A DNA stretch of 64,000 nt, taken from the human T2T-CHM13v2.0 reference genome, Homo sapiens. The translations under genes and the position numbers were made by a program. Below, piece by piece: positions 1 through 15,975 of this stretch. Location of the stretch: NCBI RefSeq assembly GCF_009914755.1, contig NC_060939.1; one strand, written 5' to 3'. Below the pieces are notes generated by a model. It saw nothing but the letters and a program-made list of their open reading frames with translations, was not told where the DNA came from and ran no database searches. Numbering within the stretch: position 1 is the stretch's first letter; each line of letters begins with the position of its first letter.

Positions 1-1063
1 AAGAATCACACACAAAAAATTCACTCAATTACTATTCATAATAATAGCTAACATTTACTGAGTGCCTACTAACTGCCAGGCGTTGGATATTACTTGACCA
101 AATTCTCACAAAAACTCTATGAGGTATCTCACAGTCATAAAGCCACAGCCACAGCCCCTGGTGCTAACATGCCCCCATACACCCCCATACACTGAGTACT
201 GACTCAGGAGGAAAGACTGAAGCATATTGGCCAAAATGGGCTGCAGAGGCTCTTTCTTCCTGAGAAGCTGGCTGGAGGAGTGGGTACTACCACCCAGAAG
301 TGTGAGAGAGTTCATGTCTAGGGTAGGGTAAACCTTGACCACTGAGAGACAGGAGACAAAAAGAAGCCAGCATTGTTCACCCTTCCTCCCGTGAGAGGCA
401 GTGGCTTCATATGTACTCCGTGGAGATGCCCTGGAAGGCCAGGCAAACATCTCTGTTCGCAGTGAAGCTATGGCCATCTTGGTAGCACATCTCTTTGTTT
501 TTACATCTCCCCTACCTCACTTCTTTTTTCTCGTCATACTTTCTTCCCTGCAATTTCACCAATCAATAAAGCATCCATCACAAAAATGTGCATATTTTTG
601 CTCTAAGCTTTTCTTGAGACTGTAGGCTCAAAAATGCTAGTACCAGGAGTAGTCTTTAAAAGCAGACCTTTAAAAGTGTGATTTTAGAGACTAGCCCACC
701 TATCTAAAGGCAATCAGAACTGTTTCCCCAGTGGTAAACAGGATAGTATAACCCTGCCATGCAGGGGCATGCATGACAATTACTAAGGCTTTCACCTCCA
801 GTTGACTGGGATGAGGTGCAGATAGAAGATAAGGAATTAGGATATTATGTGGCTGCTGTATTTGATCAGTATGGGAGCAATAATAACGGCACAGAGTGGA
901 GAATAGACTGGCTGCTCTTGAGAGCATTGGAAGTCTTGGAAAAAGAAAATGATAGTTCAAAGCAGCATATTGCCAACTAAGTAACAATATGAAAGCCAGA
1001 GGAGTTCTGTGGCAGCCATAAAGGAGACTCATCTCTTGCAGCAGTAGGTTAGACACTGTTGAA

Positions 1064-1283
1064 AACAATGAGAACACTTGGACACAGGGTGGGGAACATC
1101 ACACACCGGGGCCTGTAGTGGGGTTGGGGGAGGGGGGAGGGATAGCATTAGGAGATATACCTAATGTAAATGATGAGTTAATGGGTTCAGCACACCAACA
1201 TGGCACATGTAAGCATATGTAACAAACCTGCACATTGTGCACATGTACCCTAGAACTTAAAGTATAATTTTAAAAAATTTAAA
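1064..1283 (+). mobile_element. L1PA 3' UTR fragment
   Basis: 'gggggagggatagcattaggagatatacctaatgtaaatgatgag...cctagaacttaaagtataat'. Confidence 0.9.
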
Positions 1284-1297
1284 AAAATTAGGTTCAG

Positions 1298-1616
1298 GGC
1301 TGGGTGCAGTGGCTCACACCTGTAATCCCAGCACTTTGGGAGGTCGAGGTGGGTGGATCACCTGAGGTCAGGAGTTTAAGAGCAGCCTGGCCAACATGGC
1401 AAAACCCTGTCTCTACTAAAAATACAAAACTAGCTGAACATGATGGTGCACACCTGTAATCCCAGCTGTTGGGGAGGCTGAGGCAGGAGAATCACCTGAA
1501 CCGGGAGACAGAGATTGCAGTGAGCCAAGATTGTGCCATTGCACCCCAGCCTGGGCTACAGGAGGGAAACTCTGACTCAAAAAAAAAAAAAACAATAAAT
1601 AAAAAGAAAAGAAAAG
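1298..1616 (+). mobile_element. Alu (S-like)
   Basis: Alu dimer; TSD aaattaggttcagg. Confidence 0.95.
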
Positions 1617-1754
1617 AAATTAGGTTCAGGATCCAGAATGGCAAAGCTGCTAAAGGTATTGAATGCATAGCTTCAACAGCTTTCCCATGTGGAGGTATTT
1701 TCCAGAAAAGAAAAATGTGAGGCGTTAAGACCTGAATAAGAAATATGTGAGTGG

Positions 1755-2206
<452 letters not shown>

Positions 2207-2537
2207 TCAAAATCTGGAGCTCCTAATTGTCCCTAAATCTTCCTGGCCAGCAGAAGCAGTCCCTTTTCTTTCTTATTTATTTATTTATAATGCTGTCAGC
2301 AAAACCCTTTTCTCTTGACTAAGGAAAACAGCCTCCCCTTGCCCATCCAAAATAGGTCATTGCAGAATAACTTTCGTTCTTCCCAAGATAAGCCTCCATT
2401 CTCTGCCTTTTTTGCCTCCAGTCTGGTAATCTGTGCCAGAGCTCAGCACAGCCTGAGCAGGGAAGTACAGGTCCTGCTCCAGAAGGAGTTAGCCTCCATT
2501 CCAAAGGAACTGTAGGACCTGGAGAATATGTAAGAAC

Positions 2538-3605
<1,068 letters not shown>

Positions 3606-4408
3606 GAATCAGGGTAATGTAGGTGGGAGTAGATCTTGAAAATGTAAGACTGGGGAGAGAGAGAGAGTGAGTGCATAAAATAAGGTTTTATAAGAGAGAA
3701 TTCATTACATGAGGGCATACATTCATGAGTGGTTATCCAGTGTTTTGGCAAGAGCACTTGAGGTCACTATAAATAGTTTGTTGTGCTGTTTCCTTGAAGC
3801 TTGGACACACCAGAAATAATCTTGGCATTGTACTGGAGAAGGGATCAAAAGTCATAGGAAAATGAGAACGTTAGAATATATTTACTATGTATTAAGACCT
3901 GCTAACCCGCCACCTGTCTATATACTCCAAGAGCCCAGGGAACTTCCTTATACTAAGGAATAAGAAATACATTGGTGAAAGGAGCCCTGTCAAGGCCAAG
4001 AGTGGGGGATACTGCCATGGAACACGGATCTCTAGTATCAAAAGGGTTGATGGAATTCCAGAATACCAGAAGCCAAATAACACTCAACTAACAGAGCAAA
4101 GGTAAATACAATTACCATAATGGGCAGCAATGCCAGTACGACAATCAAGGTGCCTTGACCCATAAATATTTTTGGCAACAATTAGTAGATTTGAGTATTC
4201 CTAGGGTTGAGACAGATGGACAGCCATGTAGGATATTACTTAATTTATAAAATAAATGCATGAATTGGTAAGCAGAAGGCTGACATCAGCCATCACAATG
4301 GAACATTGGTTTCCCTCAGCTAGTTTCCAAGTCTAAGTCAGTTTAGAAACCCATAGCCCATTGATTGAAGGGGAGGCTGAGTCCACTTGAGAAGGAAACT
4401 CCAAAACT

Positions 4409-4548
4409 ACCATAAGTATATACATCAGTATTTTTAGAATCCCTCTCTAAAAGGACAAGTGACATTTTTCAAAGACAACCATAAGTATATACATCAGTAT
4501 TTTTAGAATCCCTCTCTAAAAGGACAAGTGACATTTTTCAAAGACAAC
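4409..4548. repeat. Perfect 69-bp tandem duplication
   Basis: 'accataagtatatacatcag...ttttcaaagaca' repeated with period 69. Confidence 0.95.
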
Positions 4549-4946
4549 TACACTGGGTAAAGAAGAATACCTAGATGTTCTGAGAGCTGGTATTGGGGAC
4601 CTGAAATGTTATCATGCCCTGTAGTTAGATTGGTGGTTTCCTAAGTCCAGGTGATGAATAGACCCCCTGGCTCAAGATTATATCACAATGTATCCAGAGG
4701 TTTTGCGAACTGGCCTTAAGTTTTTGTCCCTGGTTTCTGAAAGTATAATTGAGACAGATACACTTAGAATCTGGGAAAACTGTCACTTTGGTTTTCTGAC
4801 CTGTGAAATAAACTTCTTTATGGTAGGAAAGGCCAAATAGAAGCCCCCAAGCCACCTCCTGCCTCTGGTTAAGATACTAAATCAGAAGTATTACCATATC
4901 CCAAGAGGAATTGCAGAGATTAGCACCAACATCAAAGACTCAAAGT

Positions 4947-5257
<311 letters not shown>

Positions 5258-5499
5258 TCACATTCCCATTCAGTTAGATAGACAGTGCAGCGGAAGTGTG
5301 CTGGGCACAGATTCCCATTCAATTCAATTATTTTCAAAAGCACAGATAAATAATGGAGGATGGTAACAGACTACCATAAACTTAACTGAGTCATTGCCTC
5401 AGTTGCAGTTCCTATAATATCTTTATTAGAGCAAATCAACACACCTTCTGGTATTTGATACGTGGCTGTTGATTTGATAAATGCTTTATTTTCAATCAT

Positions 5500-5721
5500 G
5501 GGTTGGCTAACTTTTCCTATAAAAGGCAAGACAGTAAATATTTTAGGCTTTGCATGCCATCTGATCTCTGTTGCACCTGCTCCATTTAGCTTGATTTTGT
5601 GTCAAAGCAGCAAAATACAACATGTAAATGAATGAGCATGGCTGTGTTCCAATAAAATTTTATTTACAGAAACAGTTGGAGTGTCATATTTGGCCTGGAG
5701 GTTGTAGTTTGCCAGTCCCTG
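5500..5721 (+). mobile_element. MER58A-like hAT DNA transposon
   Basis: 'gtaaatattttaggctttg...ggctgtgttccaataaaa...gtagtttgccagtccctg'. Confidence 0.8.
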
Positions 5722-5999
5722 TTAGAGAGCCCCATCAACTGGGAGAGGCAAAAGCATTACTTGACAAGAAGAGCAGTACACTTGACTGTCTTGCCTCTGG
5801 CCTATGTTAACTCTCCTGATCTCTGTCAAAGTATAGTCAATGGGAATTTTGACCGTCTTGGTAGCTCACAGCACAGTATGGTAGTTTCATCATTCTGATT
5901 ACATTATGCTAATTGGGTCTGAGAAGCAGGATGCATCAAGCACTTTACATGCTTTTGACACATTTGCTTCTGAGATTGTGGTTATGTTTTCTTCTCTGC

Positions 6000-6290
6000 T
6001 TTTTTTTTTTTTGAGACATAATCTCGCTCTGTTGCCCAGGCTGGAGTGCAGTGGTGCATTCTCAGCTCACTGCAACCTCCACCTCCTGAGTTAAACGATT
6101 CTCCTGCCTCAGCCTCCCGAGTAGCTGGGATTACAGGCGCGTGCCACAATGCCTGGCTAATTTTTGTATTTTTAGTAGAGATGGGTTTCACCATGTTGGC
6201 CAGGCTGGTCTCGAACTCTTGATCTCAAGTGATCCACCTGTCTCGGCCTCCCAAAGTGCTGAGATTACAGGTGTGAGCCACTGTGCCCAG
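6000..6290 (-). mobile_element. Alu (S-like)
   Basis: Reverse Alu consensus. Confidence 0.95.
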
Positions 6291-6549
6291 ACTCTTCTCT
6301 GCTTTCAGTTGCTAAAAATGACAATTTTATACTGACAGGGATAGGAATTAGAAGTTACAACTTTTATAGCCAATTACTGCTTTAGCTTTAAGTCTCAGCC
6401 AAAATTCCTTAGAAAACAAGGCCTGCAGCAAATGATTATATGCTAATGCTTTATGAGGAGTACCATGCCAGAGAAGCAAGGGAAAATAGAAGTATGGCAA
6501 GGAAGCAGGGAAAACAAAAAGTGTTAGATCCCGTGTACACACACTTACC

Positions 6550-7700
6550 AGTCCTCATTTCATCTGGCATCTCTGCAGCGCAACCCTTCCTGCAACCCCT
6601 TCCTTCTTGAAATGTATGTCTGTTTCCTTTACATACACTTTCTTACCTCCCACCTCTCTGGCTGCCTGTTTTCTGCTTGCTTCATTAGCTCGTTTTTCTC
6701 CACTTGCTCCTTACATGCTGAGTATTTACAGGTATTTTGTCCATGGCCTTTTCTCATGGTAGAGAAACCCCATCTCTACTAAAAATACAAAACTTAGCTG
6801 GTCTTGATTCACAAAGCAACTCAGAAGGCTTACATTGTTCTCTTAAGCTCCTGACCCATAGTTCCAATAGTTTACTAAACATTTCCACCTGCGTGTTCCA
6901 ATGATATTTCAAACTAAGTGTGTCCATAATCAAATTCAAATAAACATACACTGAGCACTAGCCTATGCTGTCAGCTCTAAGTTAAGTTGGAGGAATACAA
7001 AGACAAATAACTTCACACTTCTTCCCCAGACGTGTTCCTCCTTCTGCATACCCTGTGTTTTTTTTTCTTTATTTTCAGAGACAGGTCTCCTTCTGTCGCC
7101 CAGGCTGGAGTGCAGTGGAATGATCATAGATCACTGCAGCCTCAAACTCAAGCAATCCTCCTGATGCTGCTTCCCACCACGCTGGCCAATTTTTTCTTTA
7201 TTATGTGTAGAGACGGGGTCCTACTACGCTGCCTAGGATTGGCCTTACACAATCCTTCCAACTTGGCCTCCCAGTGTGGGCGTGGGCCACTGTCCCAGCA
7301 TACCCTATGTTTTGTAAATAGTATCAGCATTCCCAGTGACCCTGGAAAAGTACTTTTGATCATCCCACCTCTCTTTTCCCCCGGAATCCTATTGATTCTT
7401 TCTCTTAACATCTATTCCCTCCGCCTCCTCTCCTCATCCTTTTGCCCCTGGATCATCACAGGTGCTTCCTAATTGGCCTTCAGTCCATGTCTCACACCAC
7501 TGCCACCAGCTTGACCCTTCTAAGAACAAATCTGGTTATCTCAATGCCTTGCTTAAAACTCTTCAATGACATCCCATTGCCTATAGGGTAATTCTAATCT
7601 CTTAGGCTTGTCAGATAAGGTTCTTTAAGACGTGGCATCTGTAGATCTTTCCAGGACTTCCTTTTACCATCCCTATATTCTCCCTGCTTTCTAAAAACAT
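6550..7700 (+). mobile_element. L2 remnants containing an orphan Alu fragment (6756-6801) and a degenerate AluJ (7058-7297, minus)
   Basis: L2-like phrases 'cttcttgaaa', 'atttccacctgcgtgttcc', 'gcttaaaactcttcaatgacatccc'. Confidence 0.6.
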
Positions 7701-7997
7701 TGTATTATGCTACTGTGTTCAAAATGCTAGGCTGTTTCCTCTGCCAGAGATGCTCTGAAGCTCTCTGCCATTCTTCTCTCACATGTCTTCTTAGCAAACT
7801 TTTCCTTCTTTTCAGCTCCCTCATTTCAGCTCACAGGAGTCACAGCTCCAGCCACAACTTCTCTGGAATTCTGGTTCTAGTTCTTTACTAGGAGACAGTG
7901 TGGAATAGTGGAAAGAAGCCCTGACTTTAATCTGGTGGCATGGGACTTAAAATCCTCACTCTCCCACCTTCTGGTGGCCTTACTCTTTTCTCCATTA

Positions 7998-8447
<450 letters not shown>

Positions 8448-8640
8448 TTAGACTTATGAGCATCATCTCAAAGTCAATTTTTCTTTCTTCCCAAAGCAAT
8501 TCCTCCTCTAGACATGTCTCTTTCCATCAGTAGCTCTGTCATTCTTTTAGCCATCCCTGCTGAAAACCTGCCGTATTGGATTCTTTTTTTAACCAGCTAG
8601 ATCCTTTCCTTTTTCTTTCCTTTTGCCACCACTCTAATCA

Positions 8641-9288
<648 letters not shown>

Positions 9289-9454
9289 TTTTCAGAATTT
9301 TATACAGGACAATTGCCAGTGTCTTCTGGCTAGTCTGAAACACCATTTTATTAATGTCACTCCCTTGTGCCAAAATCCTCAATGAGTCCTTACTAACCGT
9401 GGAATAAAGTCTAAACTCCTTAGCATATATTAAAAACCTCCACAATCCACAACC

Positions 9455-9641
9455 TACAGTAGCCAGATTTAGCAAATAAAAATACAGAATTTCCAGTTAA
9501 TTTTGAATTTTAGATAAAGAAATACATAGTTTTTAGTATGTTACATGCAACATTTGGGACATACTTAAACTAATACATTATTTGCTGTTTATCTGAAATT
9601 CAAATTTAACTGGGCATCCTGTATTTCATCTGGCAAACCCA
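9455..9641 (+). mobile_element. MER53 palindromic hAT MITE
   Basis: 'gccagatttagcaaataaaaatacag...tatctgaaattcaaatttaactgggcatcctgtatttcatctggcaa'. Confidence 0.85.
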
Positions 9642-9769
9642 TTTGACCTTAACCTCTCTTTCTGGTCCTATAACTCAATACTCTCCATGGACCTCAGCTA
9701 CTCTTGGTCTATCCTCAGGTCTCATGTTTCTTGTTGCATGTATTTTTGCTGTGGGTGCCCAAGAAGAAA

Positions 9770-10045
9770 AAGCACAGCCTCTGGGATCAGAAAGATCTGA
9801 GTTTGAATCTCAGCTCTCTAGCTTACTAACTCTATGACTTGGGCAAGTAATTTAACTCTTCTAATCTCAGTTTTCTCTTCTGTAAAATATGAACCCTGAC
9901 ATAACTGACATAAGAGACATAAGACATATGACATAACTGACATAAAAGAAAGTGGTTGTGAGGATCAGATGAGCTATTCAAAACCTAGGACTGTTGAGGC
10001 CTAGTGTATGTATTCAACACGTGAGTTCATTGTCATCATTGCTAG
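9770..10045 (+). mobile_element. MIR containing an internal (GACATAA)-like micro-array
   Basis: MIR core 'tgactttgggcaagtaatttaactcttctaatctcagttttctcttctgtaaaat'. Confidence 0.75.
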
Positions 10046-10564
10046 CATTTTTGAAAAGCAGACCTATGTCACCTCTTTCAGTCCTTGGTGATACAGTTGA
10101 CCATGATTTGCCAAGAAGCAATGTGGTCTGGGTTAAATTTAGAAGTCATGAAGGCTGGAATGGAGGTCATCTCTCCTGGGTGTGCTTGCCTTACCAGGTC
10201 AAGCTTTCTGGCAGCAGGAGTGAAACAAGCTGTGCAGCGGGGAGGATCCAGGGACAAGGAGCCGAGGGGGTCTCCCAACACTGGGAGCCATCCTGCCTCC
10301 ACTGGCCAAGGTTCCTCTATCCTACAAAATCTTTTCTCTTTACCTAACTCCTCTCAAGCCATAGCCCATCACTCTCTTTGTTTGCTTAAGACCAAATGTC
10401 TTTAGAAAGTGGTCACACCCTTGCTGTTTCCATTTCTACATGTGAAGCTCAGTTTACACCCCAGTAACTCTTTGAAACCGTGCTTTCAACCCTCTTTAGT
10501 TACCTCCTGGTTGTTGGATTCAGTGTATTCTTTATTGATGTTGGAAATGCTGACCGCTCGTCTT

Positions 10565-12344
10565 TTTTTTTTTTTTTTTTATTGATCATTCTTGGGTGTT
10601 TCTCGCAGAGAGGGATTTGGCAGGGTCATAGGACAATAGTGGAGGGAAGGTCAGCAGATAAACAAGTGAACAAAGGTCTCTGGTTTTCCTAGGCAGAAGA
10701 CCCTGCGGCCTTCCGCAGTGTTTGTGTCCCTGGGTACTTGAGATTAGGGAGTGGTGATGACTCTTAACCAGCATGCTGCCTTCAAGCATCTGTTTAGCAA
10801 AGCACATCTTGCACCGCCCTTAATCCATTTAACCCTGAGTGGACACAGCACATGTTTCAGAGAGCACAGGGTTGGGGGTAAGGTCACAGATCAACAGGAT
10901 CCCAAGGCAGAAGAATTTTTCTTAGTACAGAACAAAATGAAAAGTCTCCCATGTCTACTTCTTTCTACACAGACACGGCAACCATCCGATTTCTCAATCT
11001 TTTCCCCACCATTCCCCCCTTTCTATTCCGCAAAACCGCCATTGTCATCATGGCCCTTTCTCAATGAGCTGTTGGATACACCTCCCAGACGGGGTGGTGG
11101 CCGGGCACAGGGGCTCCTCACTTCCCAGTAGGGGCGGCTGGGCAGAGGCGCCCCTCACCTCCCGGACGGGGCGGCTGGCCGGGTGGGGGGCTGATCCCCC
11201 CACCTCCCTCCCGGATGGGGCGGCTGGCCGGGCGGGGGGCTGACCCCCCCCACCTCCCTCCCGGATGGGGCGGCTGGCCGGGCGGGGGGCTGACCCCCCC
11301 ACCTCCCTCCCGGATGAGGTGGCTGCCGGGCGGAGACGCTCCTCACTTCCCAGACGGGGTGGCTGCCAGGCGGAGGGGCTCCTCACTTCTCAGACGGGGC
11401 GGTTGCCAGGCGGAGGGTCTCCTCACTTCTCAGACGGGGCGGCTGAGCAGAGACGCTCCTCACCTCCCAGATGGGGTCGCGGCCGGGCAGAGGCGCTCCT
11501 CACATCCCAGACGGAGCGGCGGGGCAGAGGCGCTCCCCACATCTCAGACGATGGGCGGCCGGGCAGAGACGCTCCTCACTTCCTAGATGGGATGGCAGCC
11601 GGGAAGAGGCGCTCCTCACTTCCTAGATGGGATGGCGGCCGGGCAGAGACGCTCCTCACTTTCCAGACTGGGCAGCCAGGCAGAGGGGCTCCTCACGTCC
11701 CAGACGATGGGCGGCCGGGCAGAGACGCTCCTCACTTCCAAGACGGGGTGGCGGCCGGGCAGAGGCTGCACCCTCGGCATTTTGGGAGGCCAAGGCAGGC
11801 AGCTGGGAGGTGGACGTTGTAGCGAGCCGAGATCACGCCACTGCACTCCAGCCTGGGCACCATTGAGCACTGAGTGAACGAGACTCCGTCTGCAATCCCG
11901 GCACCTCTGGAGGCCGAGGCTGGCGGATCACTCGCGGTTAGGAGCTGGAGACCAACCCGGCCAACACAGCGAAACCCCGTCTCCACCAAAAAAATACGAA
12001 AACCAGTCAGGCGTGGCGGCGCGCGCCTGCAATCGCAGGCACTCGGCAGGCTGAGGCAGGAGAATCAGGCAGGGAGGTTGCAGTGAGCCGAGATGGCAGC
12101 AGTACAGTCCAGCTTCGGCTCGGCATCAGAGGGAGACCGTGGAAAGAGAGGGAGAGGGAGACCGTGGGGAGAGGGAGAGGCAGAGGGAGAGGGAGAGGCA
12201 GAGGGAGAGGCAGAGAGGCAGAGAGGCAGAGAGGCAGAGAGGCAGAGGCAGAGGCAGAGCTATTTTTTTATTTTTTTGAGACAAAGTCTCGCTCTGTCAC
12301 CAAGGCTGGAGTGCAGTGGCATGGTCTTTGCTCACTGCAACCTC
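10565..12344 (-). mobile_element. SVA retrotransposon (poly-A, SINE-R, VNTR, Alu-like, hexamer) with 5' transduction
   Basis: Poly-T at ~10563-10580, SINE-R to ~11070, GC-rich VNTR ~11080-11765, Alu-like to ~12165, (GGGAGA/GGCAGA)n to ~12260; TSD ccgctcgtctt at 10554-10564 and 12345-12355. Confidence 0.97.
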
Positions 12345-13751
12345 CCGCTCGTCTTCATATGTAAACCTTATGGCATTGTCCTCTTCTGGTTCTCCTCCTA
12401 CTTCTCCGACTGCTCTTTTAAGTGTCTTCTGGCTGCCCCTTCCATATGACTCTCCTGAGCAGGATGGTCGTAGAGTGTGGAAGCCTAGCTCCTCTTGCTC
12501 AAAAGTCCATTGAAATAATGAATAAAGTACACATACAGAGGAAAATAATTTATTGCTACAGAAAACCAAGGTTGAAATCATATATAAACTAGAAATCTGG
12601 GGGGATTTCTTCCAGCAGTAATGATGGGCCAGGATTGAAAAGAGCCAGTGAGGGCGCGTACCACCCTCCTTCTTGAGCAAGGACAACTTATCTAGAAAGT
12701 AAGTGGCAAAACTCCCTGGCCGACCCCACTGCCACTCTCTAACTCAGAGAGGCAAGGACAGTGTTACTCTGGCAGAGAGGAGGGTGAGGTGTGTTGAGGG
12801 GCCTGCTGAGAGGCCCACCACAAGAAGTACCTTCTGAGTAGCTAACTCAATTTTTAAGATGAAAGCCCATGAAATAAATAAAACTGCAAAGCATAAACTT
12901 GATTTTGACAAAGCCTGGGGAGTGATTCCCTGACAGGGGTAGAATTGAAGGAAGTGGTTTTTACTGCACACTTTACAGAACTTCTTATTGGTGTAATGTG
13001 GGGTATGAAAGGGAAAATAAATTTTTGTTCATGAAGTCATTGCTGAAGGCTTTCCCTAGCTGCTTAGCTTACTAATACGGTCTCATTGCTTTGTATCATT
13101 CTGAACCACCATGCATTCCATTCCCTTTTCATTGTAGCACTTCTCTAGAGGGCACCATCTTTTGCCAGTCCCTAGGTGGAAAAGACTTTGGAGTTTAAGC
13201 ATACCACCATGCGTAAGACTGGTCCATTTCCTCAGCATTCCTCATTCAGGCTACCTTTTTGTTGGCAAAGCTAGTGACTTCCCATTCTACAATCAATTCA
13301 CCAATATCTCTAATAGAAAATGTTAATGTTTGGTTTTGGTTCGCTGTATCCTAACAATGAAAACTTCCTCAACAATATTTAAAATTGTCTGTGGATCCTA
13401 CCTGAATTAGGTTTGAAATAATAAACATTACCATGTCAAATAAAATCTTAACATTTTAATTCCTCATAGTCATTCTATAAATTGTATGACGTAATGTGGT
13501 ATAGCAAAGAATAGCACTTGTGGAGAAAAACTCTATTTCTAGACATTTTGAGGGTGAGCTGAAATTCTTGCAACTACAGAATCATTTGAAAGGAGTGTAT
13601 AAACTTAATGGACAGTCCCCCCACTCCCACATTTACACAGCTGTTACATATCTCTTTAACTATTAATATTGAAACAAAAATACTTTCTATTTACAAACTT
13701 CTGGGGTATCCTGCTCTTTAAAATTCTTCACTATGGTTTAGTATTAAATAG

Positions 13752-14135
<384 letters not shown>

Positions 14136-14183
14136 TAGCAAATAAATTTTAAAAATGATTTCAAAAGAATACTCACATCCTCT

Positions 14184-14595
14184 ATGTTTACTCAGTCTGT
14201 TTTGCATTATTGTAAAGGAATACCTGAGGTAATTTATAAGGAGAAGAGGTTTATTTGGCCCACTGTTCTGCAGGCTGTACAAGAAGCATGGTACCAGCAT
14301 CTACTTCCGGCCAGGACCTCAGGAGGCTTCCAACCATGCTGGAGGTGAAAGGGGAGCAGGCGTGTCACATGGTGAGGGAGGGAACAAGAGAGGGGACAGG
14401 AGTGCCATGCTCTTTTAAACAATCAGCTCTCCTGTGAGCTAATAGAGAACTCACTCATTACAGTGAGGATGACGCCAATTTGGTCATGAGGAATCCACCT
14501 TCCTGACTCAAACGTCTCCCACCAGGCCCCAACTCTAACACTGGAGATCAATTTCAATATGAGATTTGGAGAGAACAAATATCCAAACTATATCA
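14184..14595 (-). mobile_element. MST(B)-like MaLR solo LTR
   Basis: 'ctgcaggctgtacaagaagcatgg...aaatatccaaactatatca'. Confidence 0.85.
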
Positions 14596-15672
14596 CCACT
14601 TCATCATTCAACCCACCAAGCTCAGAGAACACAGCACCAAAACAAAAAAAAACCCTTTGATCCTCTTCCTCATCCTTCTCCCCCATCTCCCATGTCTTTG
14701 AAACCTGACTCAAAGAAAGAGGGAAGCCTCAGTAATTTGCTTCTTGAATTATAGCCATGTTCATCCTAGGCTTCCGGAGACAGTGGTTATAGTGGGTTTG
14801 CAGCACACTCACTGGAGCCAGACTGATATGGTTTGGATCTGTTCCCCACCCAGATCTCATCTTGAATTGTATTCCCATAATTCCCACATGTTGTGGGAGG
14901 GACCCAGTGGGAGATAAGTGGAATCATGGGAGCAGTTTCTCCCATAATGTTCTCATGGTAGTGAATAAGTCTCATGAGATCTGATGGTTTTATCAGGGGT
15001 TTCCGCTTTTGCATCTTCCTCATTTTCTCTTGCCACCACCATGTAAGAAGTGCCTTTTGCCTCCCACCATGATTCTGAGGCCTTGCCAGCCTTGTGGAAA
15101 TGTAAGTCCAATTAAACCTCTTTTTCTTCCCAGTCTTGGGTATGTCTTTATCAGCAGTGTGAAAATGGACTAATACAGTAAATTGGTACCAGTTGAGTGG
15201 GGTGTTGTTGAAAAGATACCCAAAAATGTGGAAGCGACTTTGGAACTGGGTAATAGCCAGAGGTTGGAACAGTTTGGAGGGCTCAAAGAAGACAGGAAAA
15301 ATGTGAGAAAGTTTGGAACGTCCTAGAGATGTGTTGAATGACTTTGACAAAAATGCTGATAGTGATATGAACAATAAGGTCCAGGCTAAGGTGGTCTCAG
15401 ATAGAGATGAGGAACTCGTTGGGAACTGGAGCAAATGTGACTCTTGTTATGTTTTAGCAAAGGGACTGGTGGCATTTTGCCTCTGCCCTAGGGATATGTG
15501 GAACTTTGAACTTGAGAGAGATGATTTAGGGCATCTAGTGGAAGAAATTTCTAAGCAGCAAAGCATTCAAGATGTGACTTGGGTGCTGTTAAAGGCATTC
15601 AGTTTTAAAAGGGAAGCAGAGCATAAAAGTTCAGGAAATTTGCAGCCTGACAGTGCGATAGAAAAGAATCCT

Positions 15673-15975
15673 AGCTGGGCGCGGCAACTCACACCTGTAA
15701 TCCCAGCACTTTGGGAGGCTGAGGTGGGCAGATCCCTTGAGGTCAGGAATTCTAGACTACCCTGGCCAACATGGTGAAACCCCGTCTCTACTAAAAATAC
15801 AAAAATTAGCCAGGCATGGTGGCTCACACCTGTAATCCCAGCTACTCAGGAGGCTGAGGCAAGAGAATCACTTGAACCCAGGAGATGGAGGTGGCAGTAA
15901 GCCAAGATTGCACCATTGCACTCCAGGCTGGGCAACAGAGTGAGACTCCATCAAAAAAAAAAAAAAAAAGAAAGA
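15673..15975 (+). mobile_element. Alu in THE1A internal region
   Basis: Alu consensus. Confidence 0.95.

Noticed and set aside
11080-11765. Repeat array superficially like CRISPR
   Set aside because: SVA VNTR units without unique spacers; eukaryotic context with no cas genes.
11048-12449. Many long overlapping GC-rich ORFs (up to 185 aa)
   Set aside because: They arise from the SVA VNTR, Alu-like and hexamer sequence, which is stop-poor; not genes.
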